Below, in pieces: positions 12,251 through 25,999 of a stretch of DNA of 64,000 nucleotides. Numbering within the stretch: position 1 is the first letter of the stretch; every line of letters starts with the position of its first letter. Both the position numbers and the translations under genes were made by a program. The notes beneath the pieces were generated by a model. It saw only the letters and a list, made by a program, of their open reading frames with translations, did no database searches and had not been told where the DNA came from. Source of the stretch: Octopus vulgaris (Eukaryota); assembly GCA_951406725.2 (NCBI GenBank), contig OX597842.1, positions 992,001 to 1,056,000 of the forward strand, written 5' to 3'.

Positions 12251-12399
12251 ATTTTCATATTGATAAATTTATGGCTGTAAACTACCAACAAAATATGAAG
12301 GATCAACATTAGACATCTTTTTTGGAAATCTCCAAATTAAAGGACGAATTTACGTTCAACCTTTTTACATCTGTATTACTATACATATACATAATTTAA

Positions 12400-12592
12400 T
12401 TTCAATTTTGATTTTAATTTTTTGTTGGTTCAAAATGCAAAAGCAAGGCCATGTAGGGGGACATGGAGTTATGTACAGGGAGGGTGTTCATACAAAGAGT
12501 TCAGGCCATTTCTAGTCAAGAGAGACTTTGAACCGAGCGGTCGTTGGCATCTTCACTATCTCGTCCGCCAGCTTATTCCACGGATCCGCAAC
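12400..12592 (-). mobile_element. CR1/L2-group LINE 3' end
   Basis: Minus strand VADPWNKLADEIVKMPTTARFKVSLD matches the RV..WN.LP..V.......FK..LD C-terminal motif; followed by a short UTR and an A-rich tail. Confidence 0.65.
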
Positions 12593-12667
12593 CATATATA
12601 TAGATATATATACATATATATAAAAGAATAAAAGAAGATATATATATATATATGTGTGTGTGTGTGT

Positions 12668-13056
12668 TGTGGCTGTGTGGTAAGTAGCTTGCTAACCAAC
12701 AACATGGTTCTGGGTTCAGTCCATTTGCGTGGCACCTTGGGCAAGTGTCTTCTGCTATAGCCACAAGCTGACCAAAGACTTTGAGTAGATTTGGTAGACG
12801 GAAACTGAAAGAAGCCCATCGTATATATATATATATGTGCGTGTGAATGTAAGCGTGTGTGTGTGTGTGTCTGTGTTTGTCCCTGCAGCATCGCTTGACA
12901 ACCAATGTTGGTGTGTTTACATCTCTGTAATATAGCAGTTCGGCAAAAAAGAGTGATAGAATAAGTACCAGGCTTACAAAGAATAAGTCCTAGGGTCGAT
13001 TTGTTTGACTAAAGGTGGTGCTTCAGCATGGTTGAAGTCAAATGACTGAAACAAAT

Positions 13057-13060
<4 letters not shown>
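12668..13060 (+). mobile_element. SINE A
   Basis: Same head, body and tail as the other copies. Confidence 0.88.
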
Positions 13061-13111
<51 letters not shown>

Positions 13112-13323
13112 TATATATATATAAATATATACAACAGGCTTCTTTCAGTTTCTGTCTATCAAAAGCCACTCAGAACGTTTTGGTCAGACCAAGGATTATA
13201 GTAAAAGACATTTGTCCCAGGTGCCACACTGTGGAACTGAACCCAGAACCATGTAGTCAGGAAGCACAGAAATTTGTTGTTCTTTGTTCCTAATGCCATA
13301 GTTTTTGCAGCAGTGCGCATGAA

Positions 13324-13359
<36 letters not shown>

Positions 13360-14055
13360 AGTGTTCCTGTCACAATCTGAACCTCATGAATGCTTAAATG
13401 AAAGAAAGTATACTAGTTCAATGAGAAGACATTTAATATTTAATTTTCAATATTTCATCTGTTCAATAAGACAATCAATACTTCATTTCATTTCTTTCTT
13501 ACTATATATTCTATATTATAAGAATATAAATTAAACGTAAAAAACAGACAGAGTATTGGAATTCCTTTGAGTAAGCGCCATACTAATACATCTGTTTGTC
13601 TGTACTCCACCTGCCTTCGTCTTTTGTTTATTTTCGTAAACCTTCCCGTTATACATATATGTGTAGAAGGTTGAAAAGGAACAAATGAGTTGATATATAT
13701 GGAAAAAGAAGTCAAGGTAGAAAATGCTGAAATAATTTTATAAAAAACATTCCAGAACCGGTTTCAGTCATTGAGATGTATGTAAGGAAAAACGATTAAA
13801 TTTAGGAAAAATTAAAAGAAAAATTTTTTTAAGAGAATATTTACATAGTATTCAAATACAAGGGGCATTTTCCTTGTTTCAGCCTGTCTCTGCCTCTCTT
13901 GTTTACTCTTGTGTGTGTATATATATAAACATACATATATACACACACACACACACACATATATATATACACACACACACACATATATATATACACACAC
14001 ACACACACACATATATACACACACACACACACACACATATATATATGTATGTATG

Positions 14056-14107
<52 letters not shown>

Positions 14108-15461
14108 TACATACGTATGCACAAACATGCAACATCATTCTAAGTTATGTATGGACACAGATTTTCTAAAATAAACACCCATATATTGACACCCTGCTTA
14201 TCATTATTATTATTATTATTATTATCATTATTATTATCAAAGGACACTATAAGCTATTTTATAAATAATACTTGCAGAAACCTCATGAAAATAATCTGAA
14301 ATCTATTGATAACAATGTGTGCATACATGTGTGTGTATACATATATGTATATATGTATATATTTATGAATGTGTGTGTGTATGTACATATGTATCATATT
14401 TAGTCATTGTTGCAACCTAACACTAGGCATACATGGGTTCCTGTATTATTTACACTTTAAAACATTTGTGGGATTACTTCTTTTCTTTATCAACTGATAA
14501 ACATTTATATGATATCTCCTATGTTTCCTTGATATCATATACGCGATATGGAGCATATGATATTTATTTCATGTGGAATTGAGAACGGACAAAAAGTAAA
14601 AAAAAAAAAATTGGGAAAAAATTTACAAAAATAAATATATATAATGGTATAAAAATATAATAAAAAAAATAATATACAATAAAAAAATATTTATAATTGA
14701 AGTGGAAATCTAAGTGGGAATGAAAATATTTCTTCAGATTTTGGAATTTTTTGGTTCTGGTTTCTTTTTGCGGCATCGGAAGACATTGGGTGGTGTTGGT
14801 GCCAGTGGGGTGATACTTTAGGTGGTGTTGGTCGTGGTTGTAGAGGTGGTGTTTTGTGGTAGCTGTAGCGATGATGGTAGTGTGGGTGGTGGCTGTGTGG
14901 GTGGTGGTTGTGTTGGTAGTTATTGTCAAGTTGATGGTGGTTGTTGCAGGGGCAGTGGTTGTGGCCATCATGATGCTGGCAGTAGTGGTGGAGGTGGATT
15001 TGGTGGTGGTGGCTGTGGTGATGGTGGTGTCAATTTGTAAAGGTGATGGTTATGGTGGTGGTGGTGGAGGGGAGGTTGTCATCTTTATCATTGTGGTGGT
15101 GGTGGTGATGGTAGTGGGTGGTGGAGATGATGGTGGTAGTGGTGGTGGTGGTTGTGGTGGTGATGGTGGTGGTGGTGGCAGTGGTGGTAGTAGTGCTTAT
15201 AGTGGTGATGATGGAGTTGGTGGTGGTGGTGGTGGTGTTTGAAGGTTCTCTAGTAGGCTGTCATTTTTGTTGTTTTTATTTATCATCATTGTAGATGTTG
15301 TTGTTGTTGCTGTTCTCTTCTTAGAAAATTTTGTTTGTCCAATTAAGACTTGTAAAAGAAGATACAAAAGGACTCACCACAACTGCGGAAGTTCAACTTT
15401 CTTATTAATAACCATGTATACATACATACATACATGCTTACATACAAATATACATACATAC

Positions 15462-15498
<37 letters not shown>

Positions 15499-15502
<4 letters not shown>

Positions 15503-16064
15503 GCTGTCCGGAAAGTTTGTGCCGATTTATAGTAGCTTACCTTTTGACTTATTTTAGAAGATGGTTGAGTCCATAAAATAGGATTTGATGACACCTCCAT
15601 TTAGAGCACAGTTTAAGCTGTCTTTTCATGGAAGAAGATTTGTGTTCCTATAACCTGTGTTAATTCTGTAACCCTTTAAAATGGAAAATAAGAAAGTTCA
15701 TTTTCGGCACTTGATGCTTTGGGAACCAGACAAAAATTGCTGCAGCTCGGCTGGGATGTGTTACCCCACCCTCCATATTCACGAGATATTGCTCCTTCGG
15801 ATTTCCACTTATTCAGGTCTCAGCAGAATAGTCTTAATGGTAAAAATTTCAATTCCTTGGATGACGTAAAAAGCTACCTTGATGAATTCTTTGCCATGAA
15901 ACCACCTCAATTCTGGGAAGAGGGTATTTTCAAGTTAAAGGAAAGATGGAGACGCATTGGGCAACAAAATGGTTCATATTTGGTTGATTAAAAATGTAAT
16001 CGCAAGTATTTATTGACCTTTTTCTTTCCTTTAAAGATTGGCACAAACTTTCCAGACAACCCAA
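15499..16064 (+). mobile_element. Mariner internal-deletion derivative, copy 2 (566 bp)
   Basis: TA|TTGGGCTGTCCGGAAAGTTTGTGCC ... GGCACAAACTTTCCAGACAACCCAA|TA; same deletion junction as copy 1; HPPYSRDIAPSDFHLF. Confidence 0.93.
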
Positions 16065-16084
16065 TATCTGTATTTATATATAGT

Positions 16085-16285
16085 AAATCCAGAAAAAGCA
16101 AAGAACAAACACAAGAAAGAACAATGCGAGGACATGGTACACGCAAAGTACTAAGACAGTCAGGGAAGGAAAGAAAGATGGCTTTACATTTTGAGCAAAA
16201 ACTCTTCATCAGAAACAGGAGACAGAGGAAAGTCCAAGTGAAAAGGAAGATGGAGGAAAAAAATTGCCGATAATTCACATGTGAT
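16085..16285 (-). mobile_element. Short TA-adjacent repeat (Penelope-like terminal-repeat family) with a decayed hammerhead
   Basis: Homologous to 24278-24490; minus strand GTTTCTGATGAAGAGTTTTTGCTCAAAATGTAAAG. Confidence 0.65.
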
Positions 16286-17084
16286 TACACACACATGCAC
16301 ACATGTACATATAAACATCATCTGTCCAAGCCTGATTTATGTGTCTGCCACCATAACCTTGTTTAGGCTTAGCAGCCCTTCCTGTTTGTTTTCACTGTTT
16401 GGTTTTCATTACCTATTTTGGCCCTCCGCAAAATCCCAAATTTTATTTAATTTGCTTTCCAGGAGCAACTGTTTTATCGAAAGCATATATTGTTGTTAAA
16501 TGCTCGAAATATGAGAGTAGAAAAACAGCCAACAACTGATGAAGGGTCGTTCTTTATGTTGTTTGTCTTGTTTTCCATTCGGGCTTTATGTTGTTTGAAA
16601 GAAAAGTTCCTATTCCATGTACCTCGTACTTCGTATATTTTGCTGTACATGTTTTGTGACGTCCTGTGACCACATCTGCATATATATATATATATATATA
16701 CGTATAGATGTAAGAAATATGTTGATGTTGTTGAAATTCCAATGAAGGGATCTTGGATCTAGGTTAGAAACTGGCTCTTTCTCTATTGGCTAGAAATCTT
16801 GAAACAAAACTGTATAATGACATATATGCATACATACATATACACATACATACACATACATATGCACACACATTCGTACATACATACATACATACACACA
16901 TACATACATATGTACATACATACATACATACACACATACATACATGTATACATGCACACGTGCACATAAAAATTCCCTGTTGATGTTGTTGAAATTCCAA
17001 TGAAGGAGCCTTGGATCTAGGTTAGAAACCGGTTCTTTATTAGCAAGAAATCTTGAAATAAAACCAAATAATGACATACATATG

Positions 17085-17503
17085 ACTGGCATCCGTGCTA
17101 GTGGAACACTAAGAGTACCATCCGAGTGTAATAATTGCCGGAGAGGCTAATTGGCGTTCGTGCCAGCGGCACGTAAAAAGCACCATTTGAGCGTGATCGT
17201 TACCAGCGTCACCTTACTGGCACTTATGCCGGTGTGCAGGTGACATGTAAAATAAAAAAAAAAAACGTTTTTTTTTTTTTTGTGGACATTGCCAGTACCA
17301 CCTGACTGGCCCTCATGCTGGTGGCACATAAAAGCACCCACTACACTCTCGGAGTGGTTGGCATTAGGAAAGGCATCCAGCTGTAGAAACTCTGCCAGAT
17401 TAAGATTGGTGCCTGGTGCAGCCATCTGGCTCGCCAGACCTCAGTCAAATCGTCCAACACATGCAAGCATGGAAAGCAGACGTTAAACGATGATGATGAT
17501 GAT
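17085..17503 (+). mobile_element. RTE LINE 3' UTR / RTE-tailed repeat
   Basis: GGCATTAGGAAAGGCATCCAGCTGTAGAAAC...GACGTTAAACGATGATGAT, the same 3' end as the LINE at 25752-28400. Confidence 0.85.
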
Positions 17504-17999
17504 AATAATGTTGATATATATGTGTGTCAGTATATACCCCAGAGAAAGAGAGAGAGTAAGTAAGAGAATGAGAGACAGAGCAATGACAACAAGGAAAGCA
17601 CATTCTAAATATTGGCTGCAACACAAAAACTGTTAAATTCTCTATTTCGAAAGGTGTCAAATCATTTTTGTCACACGCCAGTAATACAATCAGAGACAGT
17701 TTCAAGGCAAATATTCCACTGAAAATTTATCCGTGACCAGGCTTCAGGCGCATGTTGAAGATTTTGACATCTTAAACAAAATAAATTTAAATTGAATTTT
17801 ACAAGTTTATGTGTTATAAAATGGCAGGATGCCTCTTAAATGGGTTTTATGGCTTCGCTTCTTCAGTTTTTGTACAACATGATCTTGAATGTTACACGAT
17901 ATACAAATACAATTCTGAAATATATTTATGTATATGTCTACCTGCCTGCCTGAAATCTTGCTTACAATCTATTCCTCTACCTGTTTGTCTGCGTGTTAA

Positions 18000-18246
18000 T
18001 ATATCTCGCTATCTATCTATCTATCCATCTATCTATCTATCTCCCTATCTATCTATCTATCTATCTCTGTCTATCTACCTCACTATTTGTCTGTCTGTCG
18101 GTCTCTCTTAATCTGTCTATCAATTTATATACCTACAAGCCTACTTCCCTATCTATCAAATTATCTAGTAAACTATCTATCTATCTGTCTGTCTATTTGT
18201 CTATCTATCTATCTATCTATCTTATTTATGTTTATCTATCTATCTG

Positions 18247-18285
<39 letters not shown>

Positions 18286-18440
18286 GCCTGTCTATCAGTC
18301 TGTCTGTCTATTTATCTCTTTATCTATCTATCTATCTGTCTGTCTATCAGTCTGTCTATCTATCTATCTGTCTCTTTGTCTGTCTATCTACCTACCTACC
18401 TACCTATCTACCTATTTATCTATCTATCTATCTGTCCATC
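18000..18440. repeat. (TCTA)n/(TCTG)n compound microsatellite
   Basis: Directly visible. Confidence 0.95.
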
Positions 18441-18756
18441 CAGCTACATGTGCTTCACAATAAAATATTAGTTGAGTACAGAGCGTAATATGAAATTAAA
18501 TACAGGACAAATGAACAGGAAATTAGGCATTGAACTTCATTATTAGACAGCTCATTTAATTTCCTATTTTTGAGGCATCTATGGGGAGGATGATGTTGAT
18601 GGTGAGGATGATGTTGGTGATTACAGTTGTAATGGTGCTTGTGGTCATTATAGTGGTAGTGATTATTACACTATTGGCAGTGGTAGTCCTTGTGATGGTG
18701 GTTGTGGTGGTAGTTGTGGTTGTTATGGTGTTGGTGGTTATAGTTGAGGTAATAAA

Positions 18757-19172
18757 GGCGGTGAGCTGGTAGAAACGTTAGCACGCCAGGCGAAATGCTT
18801 TGCATTATTTCGTCTGCCACTACGTTCTGAGTTCAAATTCTGCCAAGGTCGACTTTGCCTTTCATCCTTTCAGGGTCGATGAATTAAGTACCAGTTACGC
18901 ACTGAGGTCCATGTAATCGACTTAATCCGTTTGTCTGTCCTTGTTTGTCCCCTCTGTGTTTAGCCCCTTGTGGGTAGTAAAGGAATAGGTATTTCATCTG
19001 CCACTACGTTCTGAGTTCAAATTCTGCCGAGGTCGACTTTGCCTTTCATCCTTTCAGGGTCGATGACGTAAGTACTAGTTACACACTGAGGTCGATATAA
19101 TCGACTTAATCCCTTTGTCTGTCTTTGTTTGTCCCCTCTGTGTTTAGCCCCTTGTGGGTAGTGAAGAAATAG
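18757..19172 (+). mobile_element. SINE B with tandemly duplicated body
   Basis: Head GGCGGTGAGCTGGTAGAAACGTTAGC; the ~180-bp body is repeated from GGTATTTC at ~18988. Confidence 0.9.
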
Positions 19173-19424
19173 ATAATAAAGGTTATAATGGTGGCAATTG
19201 TGATGGTGGGGGCAATGCCTGTTGTTGCTGCTGTTACAGTTCTTACTGTTGGTGTTATCATTGTTACTGCTATCATCATTGTTGTAGTTATTCTTCCTTG
19301 TTTTGCAATGCTTGCTGTTGTTATTGTTATCATTAACAGCGTTGACTTTGCTCTCATCATTGGATCCTGTTCTTATTTATGCCAGATGTCGTTGTTGTTG
19401 TCAATCTTTCATCTTTTATCTCCT

Positions 19425-20730
19425 TTACTTCTTTCACTTATTTGACTGCGGCCATGCTAGGGCACAAACCATGGATTTTTAGTCGAATGAATCTACTCCA
19501 GAACTCATTCTTTGTAAGTCTGGTACTTATTCTATCATTCTCTTTTGCTGAACCACTAAGTTAAAGGGATGTAAACACACCAAGACCAGTTATCAAGTGG
19601 TGACACGGAGACAGACAGACACACACACACACACACATATGTATGACAGGCTTCTTTCAGTTTCTTATTTCTTTACTGCCCACAAGGGGTTAAACACAGA
19701 GAGGACAAACAAGGACAAACAAATAGATTAAGTCGATTAGATCGACCCCAGTGTGTAACTGGTACTTATTTAATCAACCCCAAAAGGATGAACGGCAAAG
19801 TCGACCTCGGCAGAAATTGAACTAAGAAGGTAGCAGCAGACGAAATACCTATTTCTTTACTATCCACAAGGGGCTAAACACAGAGAGGACAAACAAGGAC
19901 AGACAAACGGATTAAGTCGATTATAATGACCCCAGTGTGTAACTGGTACTTATTTAATCGACCTCAAAAGGATGAAAGGCAAAATTGACCTCAGCGGAAT
20001 TTGAACTCAGAACATAGCGGCAGACAAAATACCACAAAGTATTTCTTTCACCCAGTGTGCTAACGTTTCTACCAGCTTGCCGCCTTCCGCAGTTTCTTAT
20101 TTCTTTATTACCAACAAGGGGCTAAACATAGAGGGGACAAACAAGGACAGACAAAGGGGTTAAGTTGATTACATCGACCCCAGTGTGTAACTGGTACTTA
20201 ATTTATTGAAAGGCGGCGAGCTGGCAGAAATGTTAGCACTCCGGGTGAAATGCTTACCAATATTTCGACTACCGCTACGTTCTGAGTTCAAATTCCGCCG
20301 AGGTCGACTTTGCCTTTCATCCTTTCGGGGTCGATAAATTAAGTACCAGTTACGTACTGAGGTTGATGTATTCGACTTACTCCGTTTGTCTGTCCTTGTT
20401 TGACCTCTCTTTGTCTAGCCCCTTGTGGGTAGTAAAGATATAGGTATTTAATTTATCGACCCCGAAAGGGTGAAAGGCAAAGTCGACCTCGGCAGAATTT
20501 GAACTCAGAACGTAACAGCAGACGAAATACCGCTAAGCATATCGTCCGGCGTGCTGACCATTCTGCCAGCTCACCACGTTCCTCAGTTTCTGTCTACCAA
20601 ATCCACTCACAAGGCTTTGGTTGGCCTGAGGCTATAGTAGAAGATACTTGCCCAATGTACCAGATAGTAGAACTGAACCTGGAACCATGTGGTTGGGAAG
20701 CAAGCTTCTTACCAGACAACCACTCCAGCA
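19425..20730 (-). mobile_element. SINE A interrupted by a nest of three SINE B insertions
   Basis: SINE A tail half at 19425-19664 and head half at 20583-20730. SINE B minus 19665-20085, SINE B minus 20097-20577, and a plus-strand SINE B 20212-20445 inside the latter. Confidence 0.85.
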
Positions 20731-21032
20731 CAATGGTAACAATAATATTCTCTTCATTGCTTTTGCTGTTGTTGTTGTTGTTGCTCTCCTAAACTTTGGT
20801 GAATTTGCTGTTATTTCTGTATCATGTTGTTGTAGTTAACTTCGATACAGCTGTTGCTGTTGTTGTTGTTGTTACTGTTGTTGTTGTTGTTAATTCCAGA
20901 GTGGTTGTTGTTGTTGTTGCTGTTGTTGTAGTTGCTCGGTTTGTTTTGTTCAATTAAACTCTTGGAAACAAGATACAAAAATATCGATGCCGCAGAAGTT
21001 CAAATTTCTTGTCAATACTCAAAGAATTTCCC

Positions 21033-21562
21033 AAACACACACACACACACATAAATGCATGTACACACACACACACACGTACGTACACACACACGCACGT
21101 ACACACACACACGCGCATACACACACACACATGTACACACACACACATAAATGCACGTACACACACACACACGTACACAAACACGCGCGCGTGTACACAT
21201 ACACACACGCACGTACACACACACACGCGCATACACACACACACACATGTACACATACACACATAAATGCACGTACACACACATGTGTGCACACGCACAA
21301 ACATGCATGCATATGCACACATACACACACATAAATGCACGTACACATACACGTACACACACATAAATGCACGTACACACTTGTGCACACACACAAACAT
21401 GCATGCATATGCACACATACACACACACATAAACGCACATACACACACGTGTGCACACGCACAAACATGCATGCATATGCACACATACACACACACATAA
21501 ACACACACGTGTGCACACGCACAAACATGCATATGCATACGCATACGCACACATACACACAC
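21033..21562. repeat. CA-rich complex minisatellite (ACATAAATGCACGTACAC / AAACATGCATGCATATGCAC modules)
   Basis: Higher-order reiteration of the modules is directly visible. Confidence 0.9.
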
Positions 21563-21739
21563 GCTAGAAAACCAAGATAAATATTTATAAAGAGAGAAAG
21601 CAGGCACAGGTATTACCTCAGTGGTGAAGAAGCTTGTTTACGGTTACTGCGTGATTATGGGTTCAATTCCTTAATGTGGAACCCTGAGCAAATATTTTCG
21701 ACTGTAATCAAAATCTGATCAAAGAAAAAAAATTCAGCT

Positions 21740-22225
21740 TCATCGTCGTTGTTGTCATCGTCATCATCATCGTTGTCAGCATGATTCTGATGCAGTTGAG
21801 GATGATGGTGATGACAATGATGACGATGATGATGATGATGTCATTGCTGTCGCCATCATCGTAATCGGTGCCATCATCATCATCAAAATTGCTATCCTCA
21901 TCGTCATCATTACATTATCATCATCATCACCATTTTTATCACTACCATCATCATCATCGTTATCATAGTCGTCACCATTATCTTTATCACCATCAACACC
22001 ATCATCATCATCAGCAGCAACATCCTCATTATCATCGTTGTCATCATCATAATTGCCATCCTCACCGTCATCATTACCTTATCATCACCATCAACATCTT
22101 TATCACCACCAACACCACTATCATCATCATCATCATCCTCATCGCCATCATCATCATCATCGCCATCATCATCATCATCCTCGTCGCCATCATCATCATC
22201 ATCATCCTCATTTCCATCATCATCA
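21740..22225. repeat. (CAT)n-rich degenerate trinucleotide tract
   Basis: Directly visible; source of the poly-His/Ile ORFs. Confidence 0.9.
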
Positions 22226-22916
22226 GGATCCCTATTTTAATGTCTCTTTTTCCCATGCTTGCAATGGTCAGATGGAGTTTACTGAGTGAGATTTCCTACA
22301 GCTTCGTGCCTTTCCTGTCACCAACCTTCAATCCCCTCTAGTCTCCAGACATGTTTTCATGGAAGATTGGAAATTAATGAAACACCTCTTGTCTAACAGT
22401 GACATTCATTTACAACACTCAAGGAATTTTTACACAAGGAGACATAAACACACACATTTCACATGCACACACACACAAATATCATTATCATCGTTTAGGG
22501 TCCATTTCTCTCCTCTTCCTCCTTATTCCAATTCTTCTTCTTCTTCTTCCACTTCTTCAGCTTTCCCTCTTTCCTCCTCCTCCTTTTTTCCTCTCCTTCT
22601 CACTCCTTTCTTTTCCTCCTCTCCATCTCCCTCACCTCTTTTTTTTTTTTCTCATTATACATATTCTATAACAACAACCGCCACCTCCACCACTTCCATC
22701 AAAGATAATACTTACCATTTTGTACCTACTTAGAAGATTATGAGGCATCTCCTCAATGAACTTCCTTCCACAACTTCCACCCCCTTGGGCACAACAACAA
22801 TCCACATCCTTATGCAGAAGAAGTTATATTAAACTGTCAGCCATTACTGTAAGCAAATGCATGTGTGTAACATACATAAATACATTATATATCTATATAC
22901 ACACACATACATACAT

Positions 22917-22960
<44 letters not shown>

Positions 22961-23479
22961 ATAATAATTAGTGAGAATCAATTCCAGTGCCACAGGAATG
23001 AGACATTCAAATTAAAAATATTAATTGAATTACTCTCAATAATTAATTCATATATATCAAAATGAAATACGATTAAAAAATATGTATTATTTAGTTGTAT
23101 TTCATATCCGTTTTTCTTAAATTTTTATGTCTTAAATTTATAAGGTTCATGAACTTATTTATTTACTTATCTATACTTGTATACTTGTAATTAATTTTGA
23201 CAAACATAGTGATATATAAGGAATAGTTATATTTATAAATATGGGGAAATAAGACCTGACGATTGGGAGTGTGTAAACATAATGAGTTTTGGAATGAGAC
23301 TTTGTGTCTTAACAATACCATACGTACCATCCTGAAACATGTGTAGTCCGTAATATGGAAAATTTTGGGATTTTGAATAGAAATAGTAAGTAGAATATTT
23401 AATATTTTATGGCTTGGTTAATTTAATACCATTCAGAGTTTATGAAGTTGTGGTGGTTTCTATCTCTAACACTATTTTC

Positions 23480-23530
<51 letters not shown>

Positions 23531-23739
23531 CATACACACACACACACACACATATATATAGGTACAGGTGTGGCAGTGCGGTAAGAAACTTGCTTCCCAG
23601 CTACATGGTTCCAGGTTCAATTTAACAGTGTGGAACCATGGGCAATTGACTATCACTATAGCCTCAGGCTAACCAAAGCCTTGTGAGTAGATTTGGTAGA
23701 TGGAAACTGAAAGAAGCCCATTGTATATATATATGTATG

Positions 23740-23770
<31 letters not shown>

Positions 23771-23838
23771 AAGAAAAATTTAGAAAGTGGAGATATAGCA
23801 TTAATATAATTTATTATCTGCAAAAATCCCAAAGTATT

Positions 23839-23920
23839 CTCTTACAGCTGTTTCAATTTAGCCTAAAAGATTAAATTACAATAATTAAATCATTATCTTA
23901 GGAAAAACCTCATCAGAGGG
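23839..23920 (-). ncRNA. Hammerhead motif with long stem II, inside a ~210-bp repeat inserted in the TA tract of a SINE A
   Basis: Minus strand CCCT-CTGATGA-GGTTT..CCTAAGA..TCTTTTAGG..AAATT-GAAA-CAGCTG-TA-AGAG; palindromic ACAGCTGT, triplet GUA. A decayed paralogue lies at ~29770-29980. Confidence 0.7.
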
Positions 23921-24232
23921 ATAGAAAAGATACACCATTAAGTTATTAAGTGTTGTGTTTCCAAATCATCTCAGCAGACTGAGAATATATATACATACAT
24001 ACGTACGTACATATGTACGTATATATTTATGTGTGTGTGTCTGGGTTTGTCTCCTAGCCAACTCTAGACAACTGGTGTTGATATGTTTACATTGCTGTGA
24101 CTTAGCACTTTGACCAAAGAGACTGAGAGAATAAGTACTAGGCTTACAAAAAATAAGTCCTGGGGTTGATTTCTTCAACTAAAACCCTTCAAGGTGCTGC
24201 TCCAGCATGGTCACAGTCAAATGACTGAAACA

Positions 24233-24274
<42 letters not shown>

Positions 24275-24354
24275 ATTTCAAAATGTGACCGCGTGTGTAC
24301 CGTTGGCGATTTTTTCCCTCTGTCTTCTCTTCTCAGGATCATTCCTTTTCCTGT

Positions 24355-24389
24355 GTTTCTGATGAAGAGCTCCGCTCGAAACGTTAAAC
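24355..24389 (+). ncRNA. Minimal hammerhead motif in a ~210-bp repeat (24278-24490) flanked by (TA)n on both sides
   Basis: GTTT-CTGATGA-A-GAGC-TCC-GCTC-GAAA-CGT-T-AAAC; palindromic ACGT stem III. Confidence 0.75.
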
Positions 24390-24483
24390 CCTCCTTTTTT
24401 CCTTCTTTCCTGAGCGTCCAATAATACTATATTTATTCCACGTCCTCGCGTTGTTGTGTTTTTTTGTGCTTTCTTGTTTGGAT

Positions 24484-24529
<46 letters not shown>

Positions 24530-25334
24530 CAAAGAGCTCAAAGGGCTGAAATGAGGAGAGGAATTTCCGCGGGTCCATCCTACTTCAACCCTCTCTGATT
24601 TCCATGGCAAAAAAATCATTTGTGGCATATTCAGAGATGGTCTTAGTTGATAGTACAAGGAAAAAAAAAAAAAAAACTAGGAAGAACATTATTTCCCACC
24701 AAAATCGAATTGGATGTTAAACTATAAGTTTAACAAAAATTTTCACCATCAGTAAGCCAAACTACGTCTAAGCTACGTTTTTTAAAAATATTCTGGCAAA
24801 AATTGGAAAGAAATTTAACATGATTATGAAGAAACTTTTATCGCTAAAAGAGATATACATAAAATGTAAATTGATAATTGGAATTTTTCAGAAGCTGGTT
24901 ATAGGCACAGGAGTGGCTGTGTGGTAAGTAGCTTGCTTACCAACCACATGGTTCCAGGTTCAGTGTCACAAGTAAAAGAATTTGATCAACCCCTGTGTTT
25001 AACGCCATTTATTTATATACATGTATGTATGTATGTGTGCATGTATGTATTAAAGAAAGTAAAAAATAAGACAAAAATGATAAAAGCAAAAGGCAAAATT
25101 TGTGTGTGTAAAAGAATTCAGTGCTCAGTATTTTAGCCAAAAGTTATGTGTATGATTGTATGTGTATGTATATTTCAGTGTGTGGTGAATTGTATACATA
25201 CACATATGCACGCACGTGTGTGTATGTGCACAGTGAGAGAGAGAAAGGGAGGGAGATATCTGGTAACTGTTTATCTATTTTTCCATGTTAATTGTAAACA
25301 AGGGAAAAATACACAAAACTATTTTCATATATAT

Positions 25335-25745
25335 ATCATCATCATCATCATCATCATCGTTTAGCGTCCGTTTTCCATGCTAGCATGGGATGGACGGTTC
25401 TACTGGGGTCTGTGAAGCCAGAAGGCTGCACCAGGCCCAGTCAAATCTGGCAGTGTTTCTACGGCTGGATGCCCTTCCTAACGCCAACCACTCCGTGAGT
25501 GTAGTGGGTGCTTTTTACGTGCCACCTGCACTGGTGCCAGACAGAGCTGGCAAACGGCCACGAACGGATGGTGCTTTTTATGTGCCACCGGCACGAGGGC
25601 CAGGCGAGGCTGGCAACGGACATGAAATGGGGCGGTGCTGGCAACGGTCGCGAAACAGAAAGTCCTCTTACATGCCACCGGCACTGGTAACACATCTGCA
25701 ATTTCCATTGATCGATTTCCATTGATCGATTTCGATTCTGATCCT
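25335..25745 (-). mobile_element. RTE LINE 3' UTR copy
   Basis: (CAT)n CGTTTAGCGTCCG...GGATGCCCTTCCTAACGCCAACC plus reiterated GTGCCACCGGCAC modules. Confidence 0.88.
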
Positions 25746-25999
25746 CTATATATCATCATCATCATCATCATCATCGTTTAACGTCCGCTTTCCGCGCTAG
25801 CACGGGTTGGACGGTTTGACCGGGTCTGGGAAGCCAGGGGCCGCTCCAGGCTCCAGTCTGAATCTGGCAGAGTTTCTACGGCTGGATGCCCTTCCTAACG
25901 CCAACCACTCCGTGAGTGGATTGGGTGCTTTTTACGTGCCACCTGCACAGGGGCCGGAGGGTCCGGCATCGTCACGATCGGTTCGAGCATTTTAACGTG

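Noticed and set aside
14780-15240. Gly/Val-rich ORFs
   Set aside because: Degenerate (GGT)n low-complexity tract.
25500-25690. Hairpin repeat plus spacer pattern resembling a CRISPR array
   Set aside because: The linkers are homologous to each other and the array is part of a LINE 3' UTR.
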